Assembly: GCF_006345805.1 (NCBI RefSeq)
Contig: NC_042998.1
Coordinates: 158,348,001 to 158,412,000, forward strand
Length of the DNA: 64,000 bases
DNA from: Octopus sinensis
Taxonomy: Eukaryota
Direction: 5' to 3'
Position numbers and translations under genes: made by a program. Position 1 is the first letter of the stretch, and every line of letters starts with the position of its first letter. Of the stretch, positions 36,908 through 50,913 are shown in pieces. The notes beneath the pieces are model-generated. The model did no database searches, was not told the DNA's origin, and worked only from the letters and a program-made list of their open reading frames with translations.

Positions 36908-38935
36908 GGTAAATGAAAGACAAAAGATGGAAGATACGAGAATTTTTATTAACCACAACAATTGTTTCCACACATCTACCTTAAAGTAAATTATGCTAAC
37001 AGTTCCACAAAATCCATTCCTACTACATAGGAAACATTTCTTTAGATTTCTAAAAAAATTAAGATTATCGAAGAGTAAATTTTCTTGACGCTACCTTCTG
37101 TCTTGATACTGGATTATTTAAACCATTTCACAAGCCAAATGATCATATTAAGTACGTAAGTGTAGCATCTAACCATCCACTCGATAATACGGGCATTAGT
37201 TAAGAATATTTCTACATGAATTTCTAGATTATCCGCTAACAAAAGAATTTTCGAATCATACGCAGCTTTTTATAATCCTGTTTTAGCTAGGGCTAGGTAC
37301 CGTGAGAAAATTCAATATATACAAGAAGCAGGCATACACAATACTGTCAAATTTCCTACAGTAGTAATACACATTGTACACTATCACAACGTTACTGTAT
37401 GAGAACTTAGCCAGATCGAGAATACAGGCCAGGAAGAATTCGTCAAGGCAACGAACTACCAACGAAAACGCATAGGCACACACGGCACAATAATCCAGCT
37501 GTTCGTAACACAATAAATTGTTCTAATCCTGTACAACACAGTAGATAAAATAAGATAAACAACAGATATAGGAATCATGATGTCCTCTGGTTCAACCCAA
37601 TTTTCAGATCGCATGTTTCAGCCAAGATCGCAGGAAAATTTTTGCTGCCTTAGACAAATGTTTTCCCAAAACTGATAGATTCCTTGCTAATTTTAATCGG
37701 CACTCCGAGAAGGTATCCTACGCTAACTCTACTAATCTAGAGCAGCATATGCACCGCAGGAACCATAGTAAGATGTGACAACAGTTCAATAACCCACCTA
37801 CTGGATCTAGCAAACATACGCATCTAAATAGCAAAGAAGGAGAGGTAAACCGCAATGAAAAGCAACAAATACAGCCAAATTGTGATAGCAGAAATGATTA
37901 TGATATAGTTACAAATCTTGTATGTTAGTTAGTTAGTTAGTTAGTTAATTTGGCTCAAAAGCAAATAGCAAGGCCATGTAGGGGGATATGGAGTTAAGTA
38001 CAAGGTGGTGTTCATATAGAAATGTACCGTGCACAGAAGGGGAGGGCCGTATGTTTACATTGAGCGAACGGCTGATTCATTTATGAATCGTTATCGAAAC
38101 CATGTCACCAACTTCAAGAGAATCAATAGGAGGCACTCAACATCTTTGGCCGATTTTGTGTGGCCACTGAAGGATGATCAAATGAAGTGCAACATAGCTT
38201 GACCCATGGTACTGCACACAAAACCATACAATATCATTTCCAGGAGATGCCGACTCTGCTCCGAGGAATCCCTGTCTATTCTGTGGACCAATGAGAAGAC
38301 CATTAATAAAATTTCTGAAAGAATCTCAAGATACCTACATGCATATAAATGTACTTTTACACAATGCAGTGAGAATGAATTTGAATAACTGTTAACATAA
38401 CTTACTTTAAGGTATGGCTGAATTAAGTTTACTTTAATCTCCTCCATTCTTATAAATGCCAGGTAGCTTTTTAACTGGCTATGTAAACTTGTGTGCACCA
38501 AACCACATGTGTGCCTATGTTTACATCTTCGTGCATGCTTGTATGAGCGACTGTACATGCGCCATGCAGCTTGTGCGAGGGAGTTTATACATCCATATCC
38601 GTTAACGTTTATTTTTCATACTTTTCTCGCTGTATAGCGTGTTGTTTCCGTTGTTTGCATCTGTTATTATATTTTTGATCTTCTATATACATGAAGATAT
38701 ATCCTTTCTTTTCCTGTTTTCCTTTACACGAAATGAGAAGATATATTGCGGAACCGTTATTTTAAAGAGTTGTAACTATTTATCACCCGAACATACACAT
38801 CTGGAGCGTCGGATGCTCTTGAACTAGTTGTTGAGTATCCTACCCTCGAAGGATCCATGCTAGATATGTCGAAGCAATTATCGTGATTAATAAAAGTTTT
38901 CGTATCTTCCATCTTTCATTTACTATACACATAAC
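36908..38935 (+). mobile_element. Penelope-like element (Naiad-like), 5'-truncated with inverted 5' pLTR piece; degenerate RT C-terminus and GIY-YIG
   Basis: VNFLDATFCLDTGLFKPFHKPND..SNHP; VLWFNPIF..LDKCFP..FNRHSEKVSY; YVYIERTADSFMNRYRNH..STSLADFVW..KPYNIISRRCRLCSEE..INKISE. 36909-36980 is an inverted copy of 38860-38925. Confidence 0.85.
37924..38016 (-). mobile_element. Very short LINE/SINE 3' end with (CTAA)n tail nested in the Penelope element
   Basis: Minus strand ...ggccttgctatttgcttttgagccaaattaactaactaactaactaa interrupts the Penelope coding remnant. Confidence 0.55.
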
Positions 38936-39068
38936 GAACACTGAGAAAGTGTGACCGTGCTTTAACAGAAAGCTACCACATATTTACCATTCCTTATGTT
39001 TTCTGATAATAATAATAATAATAATAATAATTAATAATAATAATAATAATATAATAATAATAATAATG

Positions 39069-39338
39069 AATGCCCTGATGCAGTACCAGGCAGTGGCTCT
39101 CGTGGCTTCTAATCTTAACTGATTGGAAGTGCGATCATGTACATTGTTTGTCTTGGTATAAAAGATGGGCTACAGCAAATATTCTGCTCATTACCACAGA
39201 TTTGCTTGTCAGTTGTTTGACCTTAACCAGTTGAGCATGTCCCTTAGTGGCTGACAATATGTGCATCTCTGATTACGAGTAGAAGTAGTGGGGGAGCATC
39301 ATAGCCATGTGTTGAGAGGAATTCTTTGGGGTTTGAAT
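39069..39338 (+). mobile_element. ~550-bp element, inferred 5' half, opposite orientation, following (AAT)n
   Basis: aatgccctgatgcagtaccaggcagtggctctc... is the reverse complement of the other copies. Confidence 0.85.
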
Positions 39339-39957
39339 TTTAAGATTAGGGGAATAATCTCCACTGGAACTAACAGTGTTACATTACTTACTTTCATGTA
39401 TGCATGTATGTATGAACGTATGTATGTATGTATGTATGTGTATAAATATGTATATAGATAAATGTAGATATAAATATTCATACATATTTACAAATATACA
39501 CACAGTCATACACATACAACACGCAGACACACATAAATAGGCACATATATAAATGGGAAAATACGATAAACAAAGGATTATATAATTTGTTCGTATGTAC
39601 ATTTCCCCATCGTGTGTGTTTGGAATTCTGCATTTGATATCCCTAGTAGAATTGGCTGTTGAAGCACAATGGGTCATCGGGAAACACTTTATTCCATTAT
39701 GTTACAGAGGACTAAACTCTATGGAATAAGGACTTTCCCGATGAATCGTTGTAGTTAAGTATCCAGTTGCACATGTAGCAGCCAATGCAGAATCCCAAAC
39801 AAATACAACGGAGAAACATACGTTGGCACAGATACTACTAACATCAACAGTTCTTAAACCACTATACAGAAAGAAGACTAGTTGGTTATTAATCTATATG
39901 TAGCAATGATATATCTAACTGTAGACACAATACAGGAAACACAATATGTATATATAT

Positions 39958-40141
39958 ATTGTCCCACACCACTGTTTGTAAACCGGTGATGGTGTGTTTA
40001 CGTCCCCGTAACTTAACGGTTTGTGAAAGTTTTCGATTGAAATTAGTACTGGGGTCGACTTGTTCGACCAAAATTCAAGGCGGTGCCCAAGCATGGCCAC
40101 AATCTGATGACTGAAACAAGTAAAAGAATTGATAAAAGAAA

Positions 40142-40143
<2 letters not shown>
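39958..40143 (+). mobile_element. SINE 3' half (second family)
   Basis: ggtgtgtttacgtccccgtaactt..gcatggccacaatctgatgactgaaacaagtaaaaga. Confidence 0.8.
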
Positions 40144-40201
<58 letters not shown>

Positions 40202-40317
40202 ATGTGTGTGTATAAAAGACACACAGACACGCATACATATATATATATATATATGTGTTTATATATATATATGAATAAATGAATGGAGTTTAACGCAGGT
40301 ATAAATCAAATATTTTT

Positions 40318-40398
40318 ACTTTCGACACGTGATTCGAAAGATCCACTGATATTATTCAAAAGAATAATTGGTATAAACAGTGCAATCTTCAGGAAAGT
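40318..40398 (-). ncRNA. Hammerhead-like motif with a core mutation (GAAU)
   Basis: acuuuc-CUGAAGA-long stem II-GAAU-cacgug-UC-gaaagu. Perfect 6-bp stem I, palindromic stem III. Confidence 0.6.
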
Positions 40399-40565
40399 TA
40401 AAAAACGAAACTCGTCAATAAGACATTTTTAGACATTTGCTACCCTGGTAACTCTTTATTTATTTTTTCCGTGTTAATTGTTAACAAGGTAAAAATACAC
40501 TCATCTATATATATATATATTATATATATATATATATATAATATATATATATATTATATATATAT

Positions 40566-40841
40566 ATATTGTTATATTTCGGAATGGTCATATTGCCAGT
40601 TTAGCCAATAAAAACACACGCACTATATATTTGGTGTTATTTTGCTTCAGTGTGTTTTTATTGGCTAAACTGGCAATATGACCATTCCGAAATATAACAA
40701 TATCTGTTTCAACACACGACTTCACATAAAAAAATCTTGCACAACAAATATTTAAACAGTTTAGCAAAAACTGTCTGATGAACGGCAACGAGAAACTCAG
40801 AGTAACAGATTTTGTTGAATTTTCTGCTGCTTAAAATAAAG

Positions 40842-40842
<1 letters not shown>
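40566..40842 (+). mobile_element. Penelope-like pLTR with perfect 54-bp inverted repeat, embedded in (TA)n
   Basis: Arms 40566-40619 and 40650-40703, then a hammerhead and AATAAA. Related copy at 63290-63425. Confidence 0.75.
40771..40808 (+). ncRNA. Minimal type I hammerhead ribozyme
   Basis: cugu-CUGAUGA-acggcaacga-GAAAC-ucaga-GUA-acag. Intact core, 4-bp stem I, near-palindromic stem III. Confidence 0.7.
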
Positions 40843-40879
<37 letters not shown>

Positions 40880-40998
40880 ATACCAGCACAAAACACTCGA
40901 GCAAATGCAGAGACCAAACATATTGGAACTTGGAAAAATCGGTCAAAATATGTAAAACTCCTGGAATCATTAAACATTATGAGACGAAGTATGAAGTA

Positions 40999-42280
40999 CG
41001 AGGGGCGTTCAATAAGTAATGCCCCTGACCCACTTCCCATAGCAGTAGAGCAACGAAACTTAGCACAGTTATTAGTCTTTTTTTACATAGGAACCACCCA
41101 GAGTTACGCATATCTCCCATCGTTTGATGCAGCTCTGGATACCGTTTTTTTAGGAGACCCCAGCTTGGTCTTCCAACCACAACGTGACTTCAGAAATCAA
41201 GGCTGCATCATCTGGGAAATGCTTTCCTTTCAAAAACAACTTCATGGCTGGGAAGAGGTGAAAATCAGAGGGTGCAAGGTCAGGAGAGTAGGGGAGGAGT
41301 TCATTGCAGCACGCCTGTGCTTCTGATCTGGCGACACGCAAGTTGTGGACCGGAGCGTTGTCCTGCAGGAGGAGGATGCCTTTGCTGATCTTGCCCCGCC
41401 TCTTGATTTTGATAGCTTCTCTTAATTTCCTCAAAAGTGAAGCATAATAGGCTCCTGTAATTGTGATACCCTTTGCCAGGAAATCTGTCATCACTACTCC
41501 GTCCTGGTCCCAGAAGACTGTGAGCATGACCTTGCCAGCGGAGGGCTGCACTCTTGCCTTCTTTGGAGGAGGTGAGTTACGGTGCTTCCACTGCATTGAC
41601 TGGGCTTTTGTCTCTGGATCATAGTGATGGACCCAGGTTTCATCCTGTGTAATCAGTCTTTTGAAAAATTTTGATTCATCTTCTTGGCACATCTCCAAAT
41701 TCATCCTCGAGCACTCGACGCGTTCTTGCTTCTGGAAAGGTGTGAGCAACCTGGGAATCCATCTGGCAGACACCTTTTGCATATGCAAATGGTCATGAAT
41801 GATAGTTTCTACAGACCTGGTACTAATCTTGACATCATGGGCTATTTGGCAAATAGTTATGCGTCGATCTTCCAAAATTGCAGCCTCAACTTGACGGACA
41901 TATGCCTCATCAATGGCAAAGGGGGCGACCAGATCTGGGAGCTGTTTCCACAGAGTTCCGACCATGTTTGAATTCACGATGCCAGCGTTTTACAAGGTCA
42001 TATGATGGGGCATCATCACCATAAGTTACTTTCATTTCATCAAAAGTCTCCCGTGATGTGCGTCCTTTCAAATACAAAAACCGGATCACTGCTCGACACT
42101 CAACAGGCTCCATTTCACACTTGACTCAGTTCAAACACCTGTAAATCAGAAACCACAATTAGTTCAGAGCTGTAATTTTTCACTGAATGTATAGAGATAT
42201 AAATAATTGCACATGCAAAATTTCAACTAGATTAAACAATTGCAAGTGGGTCAGGGGCATTACTTATTGAACGCCCCTCG
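40999..42280 (-). mobile_element. Full-length mariner (irritans/Hsmar2-like) with perfect 37-bp TIRs and TA TSD
   Basis: TA|CGAGGGGCGTTCAATAAGTAATGCCCCTGACCCACTT...AAGTGGGTCAGGGGCATTACTTATTGAACGCCCCTCG|TA. Confidence 0.97.
41085..42113 (-). pseudogene. Mariner DD34D transposase, frameshifted
   Basis: MEPVECRAVIRFL..PRSGRP, frameshift, then ARWIPRLL, ITQDETWVHHY, LLQDNAPVH, PYSPDLAPSDF. Small deletion before YSPDL and a further frameshift near the C-terminus. Confidence 0.95.
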
Positions 42281-43338
42281 TATATAATCCTTCTGATGTT
42301 GAAGTTTTGATGTTTCTGATATCAATCTCCCTTACTATATTGAAAAGAACCGTGACCTTGCTTCTTTTTGCCTTTAGTGTTTGTGATGGTGATGGTAATG
42401 TTGACCGTAATCGTGATCGGGCTGTATATTGTCAAGAATTATTATACAAATCATTAATGCAAAGAACGTTCCAAACATAACTTCGAGTCTACAGCAATAA
42501 TATTCTGTTTACATGAAATTTCTTACTAGAGATTCAGAATTCTATCGTCATTTTCTTTGTCTATCTAATTATATACTTCGCGTTTCCTTAATTTCCTATA
42601 TATCACCTTGCCACTGTCGTTAACTATCGAATCAAGTTGACCAGTAATTATGTTCATTTCTTTTGTTCTAGGCCTTGAATTCATTCCACAATACTAATCT
42701 AATTCCCTGGTAGTAATCTAATTCGTAGATATTATAATTTTGTTTAATGTTCCCTAATTACATATGTATTATATTGTTTGTATACATTCTTTGCTATTTA
42801 GAAGCATTAATACAGAGTTTTCTCCTATCTCTGTTAAACTTTATATTTTGGACCTTATAATACAATATTCGTTGTTATTTCTTATAGCTTTCTTTTTCAT
42901 ACACTTCTCAAGTTTCATGGTCATGACATTAATCAACCCAAGGACTGTTTGTATCAAGAAATAACTTGCCGTTTATGTTGCTGTTTAAGGTGACTTAGTT
43001 TCAGAGACGTGCCCATCTCGTCGAATTTCAACACTAGTTTTGGTTCTGATTCAACGTTTGGGAAATTTTCACCAGACAGAAGCATGTGTTTCTAGCATGT
43101 TTTGGCAAAACCAATACATGTTACCTACAGTTATATAAAGGATATCGAACGTATAAAGGTTTTTGCACGGTAATAAGGAGGATATTCCAAAAACAACGAC
43201 AATAATATGAAAATGCGGTACCTATTTTCACAACGAGAGTAATGTGAAAATACGGTACCTAGCAATCGTAACAATGATGGGTGTGGTGGTTTATATTTTA
43301 GGAATTCAGACAGGTTTATAACCTTTTATTATTATTAC

Positions 43339-43418
<80 letters not shown>

Positions 43419-43431
43419 TATTATTATTATT

Positions 43432-43964
43432 GAGTGAGAGAGCAGTGCATCCCATCAAAGTAACACTGTGGTAAAATATACGAAGCCCAGTATACCCATC
43501 ATGACTACCCTTCTGATAAGGGTACACTAGGCACATGCATAACAACGTGGTGATCTCATATCAAGACAAACAACGCATGACCTTGCAGGTAGGGCTTAGT
43601 TATAATTTTGTTCTGGTCGAATAACCCATCCCGCTCAAAAGGTCCCTGAATAAGGTTTGTTGAATGAAACACCTATGTTTCCAGAGGTGAATTATTCAAA
43701 CCCAAAGAATCCCTCTCAACACATGGCTATGATGCTCCCCCACTACTTCTACTCGTGATCGGAGATGCACATATCATCAGCCACTAAGGGACATGCTCAA
43801 CTGGTTAAGGTCAAACAACTGACAAGCAAATCTGTAGTATTGAGCAGAATATTTGCTGTAGCCTATCTTTTATACCAAGACAAAACAATGTACATGATAA
43901 CACTTCCAATCAGTTCAGATCAGAAACCACGAGAGCCACTGCTTGGTACTGCATCAGGGCATTT
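43432..43964 (-). mobile_element. ~550-bp (AAT)n-embedded element, full-length copy
   Basis: Same termini gagtgagagagcagtgcat...gcatcagggcattt, with (ATT)n on the left. Confidence 0.85.
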
Positions 43965-44513
43965 TAATTATTCATTACTCTTTGAAATGCTAGGAAGTTG
44001 TTTTTGCTTTCTTTTTTCATCTTAGAATAATAAAATGTAAAATATACTCCTACTGGTTTTGATCACGAAACGTTATTATAACCAAACGTTATGATATCAC
44101 CCCTGATTCACAAGCAAACGTTTTTCTTTTCTTGAGACTATTTAAAATTTCGAAATATAGATTTTAAATCCCTTTCTCACAGAATCATTCTTTGAAATTA
44201 TAGAAGGAAGTGAAATGAATTTAGTGTTTTATCCAATGAACCACCGATACAAACTGGATGCGAATTTTAACCCTACACCAATTAAACACTTCGAAATGAT
44301 ACAAATAACAGTTAAATGTTTTTCCAATCGTATATTACAGTCTAAGAAAAAAGGATATGTTGAACTGTCATAGGCATGATAAATTATTTGATTATACCTT
44401 TGAAAAAATGCGTTCGGCCTAGACTTCAAACACTTTGGTTAGCTGTATGCACAATCAAAGCGGACCCGGGGCTGCAACAACAGCAGCAACAATGACGACG
44501 ACGATGACAATAG

Positions 44514-44570
<57 letters not shown>

Positions 44571-45276
44571 TACTACTACTACTACTGCTGCATTGAAATT
44601 ACGTTTATTGCTACATTCGGGTAGGAACACAGTGCTAGCGGCTACATTTGAACTCTTCAACAGAAAACTAAACACCTACTACCAAAATGCGCTTATTGCA
44701 CATAAAATATACCATGAAACAAAGGAGAAATAAGAAGTCACCACAACATTAGTTACAATAGCAACAACTCCATGAACAACAAATCGTAATTCTATCAACA
44801 GCAACAAACAATTACTCATAAAAAAGATAAAGATCATTAAAACAGCCACTTTATTGTCATCTATTGGCTATTTATGCATTAATTAAGATCACACTACCGC
44901 TAGTTATCCATATTTTATAACCCCTTTTATACTACAAAGCCAGGACACTCCAGCGATCTCCACTGCTGCGTTTCGACCTCTTATATAATTAAGATGTCCG
45001 TCTAACATTTTGATGTCTATATCGATATTGTTTATGTTGAATGATTATTTAATTGTAATTATAATATCTTTATTAAAAACAGCTTTACAACATAGCGGAA
45101 TCTGCAAAACATATAACTACTGATGGAAACCTGTATGCGATCACTTGTCATGCAATAAATAAGTCAAATATCTCTGGCAAATCCTATTCTGCTATATGAA
45201 AAAGAGATTTGAATATCACTGAACAATAGGGTCTCCTGACTCACAGAGTTTAAAAAGAGAGAGAGAGAAAGATTGA

Positions 45277-45350
<74 letters not shown>

Positions 45351-47799
45351 AAGAGAGAAATGAGTTGAGGCATTTAGTTAGCATCCTCCTCCTTTATACA
45401 AGATTTGGTTTTGTTTCACTGTTAGAAATGAATATTTTTCTACAAATTACGGTGATATTCATGTTTTAGCAACTATTATAAACATTGAAAACTGAGAAAG
45501 TTTTCATGCCTCCTCTGTCATGATTTTTATATATACGCTACACAGCTGTCACAATAACTGATATTCGTATTCAATTTGCCAAATAATTCTTTATAATGTT
45601 TCAGAATAAGACAACTTTAATTGGTTATAAAGATAGTTTTCTTTCAGAAGTTACAATTTTAATAATTAATTATATAGCCCACAGTTATCTAGAACAAGTA
45701 AGTTTCTTGCAAATCAATGGAATCTACTTCCAAAACTCTATTTATGCTTCTAAAACTAACTTCAACATTTTATGTATAAGGAAATTGGGTTTTCTGCCTT
45801 GTCAAAAGAACGCAGTATTCCCCAGTATCGAGTCTGTAACGTGGTTTCGATCCTTACTTAGAGCTTATTTCTTTGCTATTATATCTAATGCCCATTTCCC
45901 AAAACTATAAGTGCTTTTTTACTTGTACTTTGCTAAGAGAAGCAAATATTTATTGATAATAAATGCAGAAACTGATTTCAGATCGCAATTGTAAGCTGAA
46001 TTAGAAGTTTAGTATAAAGAATATTGAGATATTTGTTGTTTAGCCCATGTCAATCCTGATCCTTTAGACCTACTATCAAAAGCATTGTAACCGTGGCCAA
46101 CATATAAACATTTTCACACGTAGTGTGTCCAGGTTTACATTATCGTTTTTTAAGATGGCATGTGCATGATTTGAAAGATTTGGTTGCTATGTCCATCAAA
46201 TCGAGCAGCCATACAGAGACTGTTTCATCTGAAGAGTTTATCTAAAGGTCTGTTATGGAAAACCACAAAGTGCCACTTCCGGCCAACAAAAATCGTCAGA
46301 GTTTCTACTATAGTATTGAGGTGGCAGATCTATGTCGTGGAACGGACTGTCGAAGACATCACAACCGATGAGTCGAAGAAATGTTAATAAACAATATGAT
46401 AAGGATAACCGGAATGATTTCTGAATTTCTGTCAATGGTTGAATACTAAGATAGTTTCCAAGTCTGTATTAGTTTTTAGAATCAGCATTGCCAGCTCATT
46501 AATATCCATATAAAGCTTGCAAGTTGAATATACTGTCCAGAAATACAAAACAAAATCTACAACAAAAAAAGAGGATTGTCAATCCTGCAACTGGTACTCT
46601 ATCGCCCTAATAATACAGCCAGCTGCACTGCTGCATCAATAAACTGGAGGTGGTATTTCGTCATGATATTGAATAAAAATATTTGACTGATTGATTTCTA
46701 AGTGCGTTCATGTATTTCACAGGTGAATTGTCAAGGGCTAGCATTCGATGTGGCCTGTGCTTTGAATGCTGATTGTTTACATTTTCACATAGCCTTATAT
46801 GTATAGTGCAGGCGAATTGAGTTTGTATGAAGCTCTACTGGCCCTGATTTCCATTGTAACAGACCTTCATATTTTGAGTCACTCATGTTCTATCACAGGG
46901 GCGAGTTATATACCTCATGGTATCTATTACAACTGGATTTATTCATCCTGCGAGAGCTGTGTGAAAGTAGGTATGTTGATTGGACACGAATGAAAAACTT
47001 TTCACTTTGGGAAGCTAACAGTCTATCAATTTGATCAGTTGCGATTTTTAAAGAGAATTATACATATAAAAGGAATGCATCTCTCTCATTCTCTTTTTTT
47101 TCAGTAGCACCAACGACACTCACTACCACCATCACTAACACCAAAAGCAACCAGCATCACTAATCTCATAGCGTTTCTCAATTATTTTAGTGTAATTCAA
47201 GCAATTGCTGTAACCTTCGTCGACTACATTTGTCGTGTATTGCCCATTCATTCAACTATGATTACTGACTGCAGTTTATTTAGGTTTACTGTTTTCGACT
47301 TATCATCGAAATCATTAATTCAGCAGTTCGATGGGTCGATGTAATCTAATGTTGCCGTAGATTCAAGCAAGTGAAGCAAGGCAGGCCATTAATATAGCAA
47401 ATATATTAATTAACCCTTTTTGTATGAAGATAGCACTCTCGCTTCTGGGCTACTTTAATACGATATATCGTAATTAAATCTTCCAGAATTAGGATCAAAT
47501 TCATCAGCTTTTACACTTGCCTATTTCTTCGCTTAGTTTCTGAATTGTTTATTATAGCATCTATCTATCAGTATAGACAGATATGAAAATGTGAGCATAG
47601 TGTGCGTGTTGTGGTAGGCTTCTGCTAGAAGCGGTACTGATTACAATGTGCTTCAGTAGTAATGTCTTCCAGAAAAGTGCATTTACCTTATCAAATACAG
47701 CAGTTTATTTAGCTGACCCCCTTCGTTCTCATCCACTCCCATATTCTCTACCCTCTTTCTTTCACTTTCCTACTCCAACCCAGATATTATAATACCTCA

Positions 47800-47835
<36 letters not shown>

Positions 47836-47967
47836 GTGTATATATATATATCCTCAATGTATCATATATCCGAAAAAAAGCATAGAGCAGTAATGTATTT
47901 ATTTATAGATAAGTCTATATCCAGCCATAGAGTGACCAGTGGTTTCGCATTATATATATATATATAT

Positions 47968-48022
<55 letters not shown>

Positions 48023-48951
48023 ATATAATTATTATTAATAGTAATTGTAAGACAACAAAAGGATATAATGTAAATAGAGGAATTTATTTATAATATAATA
48101 TGAGACAAATATGTGACAAGCGTAACAAATATTTAGCCACATGTAGACATGATCCAAAAAGTGGTTAAATATTTGTAACGTTTTTGGTTCCCCGCCAAGA
48201 TCACAGATAGAACCTGCTTTATATATTGTGTCCACGTACAAGCTTTTTATCTCTCTATACTTTTTATATGTATTTCTTATATATTTTTTACATATTTTTT
48301 TACATACTTATAGAGATATATTTTTTATTGCTTTATATATTTTTACACTTTTTTCCTGTATTTTACCTTCCACCCTGCATTGTTCTTGTGCACATATGGT
48401 TACGTGCACGTGTGTGTGTGCGCGCGCGCACCAATTTGAATATAACTGTGTGCGTATGGGTATGTGTACGTGTGCGTGTGTGTGCGCGCATGTGTGTGCA
48501 TTTGTATACGTGTACATACATGGTTGCATATACATGTGCATCTATTTGACGTATGTATGTGTTTCATGCGAGTCTGAGTGAATATATAACATATGGGCAC
48601 ATGCACGTTGGTGTGCGTGCGCGCATGTGTATGTATGTATGTACGCCCTGACAACCGAATCTCGGAGTTTTATTAAGGCAACCGAATAATTGTCACATAT
48701 TATATTACAAATATATATATATATATATATATACTCAAATTTGGAATAGATAAAACAGTGGACAACTGATGAAGGGATTGTACTTTATGTTGCCTGTCTA
48801 GCTTTTCTATTTGCTTCTTTCGTTGTTAAGAAAAGTTCATTTTCCATGTTTTTGTAATTCATGTTGTTTACGCTTTGTGACGTCCTGTACCCATATATGC
48901 ATGTATATGAAAGTATTACATGTATGTATATATGCATATATATATATCATT

Positions 48952-48987
<36 letters not shown>

Positions 48988-49186
48988 TACGTACACACAC
49001 ACACACACACACACACATATTAGATTTGTTTATGCAAAATGGTTTGAATATGCAAATAATGCTCCTAATCTATTTTGCCGGTCACAGTCTAATGATGCTG
49101 ACGTGAGAACCAGTTTATCGGGGTTGCATCGAGCTGTACTGATATAATATAGGATAAATATAATAATAATAATAATAACAATAATA

Positions 49187-49465
49187 CTTGGATGGGATTT
49201 AATACATCGTTACACGTGTTTCCACAAATTACATGTCTCTTTAGATCACAACCCGTATTTCTGGAATGATTACATAGCAGTCCGTTGTATCCGTGGCATC
49301 AGGTTATCATCTTCATAGATTCACTTCTTCAGGCGATGAAACATAAATCGATGTACAGAAGAGGGATGTTTATCCGTTTTTACAAGTATAAAGATTAAGC
49401 GTCATACTGGTGATTTGTGGAAACACGCGTAGCGATGCATTAAATAATTATAAATTCCATCCAAG
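49187..49465. mobile_element. Penelope-like inverted pLTR pair with a hammerhead-like motif (minus strand 49205-49338)
   Basis: Inverted arms 49187-49232 and 49410-49465. Minus strand caucgc-CUGAAGA-(long insert)-GAAA-cacgug-UA-acgaug. Confidence 0.6.
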
Positions 49466-49489
49466 GATAATTATTATTGTTGTTGTTAT

Positions 49490-49547
<58 letters not shown>

Positions 49548-49727
49548 ATATATATATATATATATAGTGAAACCGTTAATTCAAGCACATTGTATAATTC
49601 TCTCTTCGTTTTCTTTCCCCGTTCCTTTCTGTCGAAGAGTCGAAGACTTTTCCACTTCTCATCATCTTCAAACTAATACATCTTGTTTAGTTTTTCCTTC
49701 ATCTGTCTCTGTCTTTTGTTTATATTT

Positions 49728-49761
<34 letters not shown>

Positions 49762-50267
49762 CATAAACTTGCACATATAGAAAATATTGAATACATGGCA
49801 GTGTTACACTGCAATAAATACGAAAGAAAGTACTCAATGCTATGGGACAGAATGGAATATTTATTCAAAGCTGAATCACGATGAGTCATTACCCAAAATT
49901 TCTCGGTCTCGGTAGACAGGTGACTAAACATGTGATATTTGAAGCATGCTTAATTACTTTCTCGCTTAGTTTACTCGTGTCATGTAGAAAGCAACTTAGC
50001 AGGAATTATATACTTCATATATAAGCATGCATGAATGAGTTGAGAGGTATCGAAATTTCTCTAGATATTTCTTACACACTACATATTCTTCTAAAAAACA
50101 TATCATTAAAAATTTCTTTAATAATCCCTATGGTGAACCTATAAGTATAGAAAATCACGTGAGGGATTGAATGGTAAATAGGCATTTTCTCTAATAAGTC
50201 TTGGTTGTAAAATGGTGACAATGGTAAAGGTATCTTAATTTTTATCTATTTATCAATATATTTACTG

Positions 50268-50594
50268 TCTATCTAGCTATCTACCTACCTACCTACCTAC
50301 CTACCTACCTACCTACCTACCTACCTACATACCTACCTACCTACCTACCTACCTACCTACCCACCTATCTATCTACCTACCTACCTACCTACCTACCTAC
50401 CCACCTACCTATCTATCTACCTACCTACCTACCTACCTACCTACCTACCTACCTACTTACTTTCCTACCTATCTATCTATTTATCTATCTAGCTATCTAT
50501 CTATCTATCTATATATATATATATGTATATATTTATCTATCAATCTATCTATTTACCTACCAGATAGATAGACAGACAGACAGACAGAGAGACG

Positions 50595-50685
<91 letters not shown>

Positions 50686-50695
50686 ATAGACAGAT
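50268..50695. repeat. (CTAC)n/(CTAT)n followed by (GACA)/(GATA)n microsatellites
   Basis: Direct reading. Confidence 0.95.
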
Positions 50696-50854
50696 AGCTG
50701 TTTTTCTTGCGGATACCTTTCAACCTAAAATGTCTGCAACACTTCCCTCATTCATTTTTAGTCATGTACACGCACAGTATCCATTTCCTACGTGCATTCA
50801 AATTCAGAAATACACACACTCACGCACATATGCACTCACACACATGCACGCACG

Positions 50855-50913
<59 letters not shown>

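Noticed and set aside
38198-38203. In-frame TGA as selenocysteine in the Naiad-like element
   Set aside because: It falls at a position normally Trp in a decayed copy, so an ordinary nonsense mutation is more likely.
39185-39290. HDV-like ribozyme within the 550-bp element
   Set aside because: A P1/P3-like pairing can be drawn, but the GG for P1.1 and a convincing P2/J4-2 are missing. Left as an open test.
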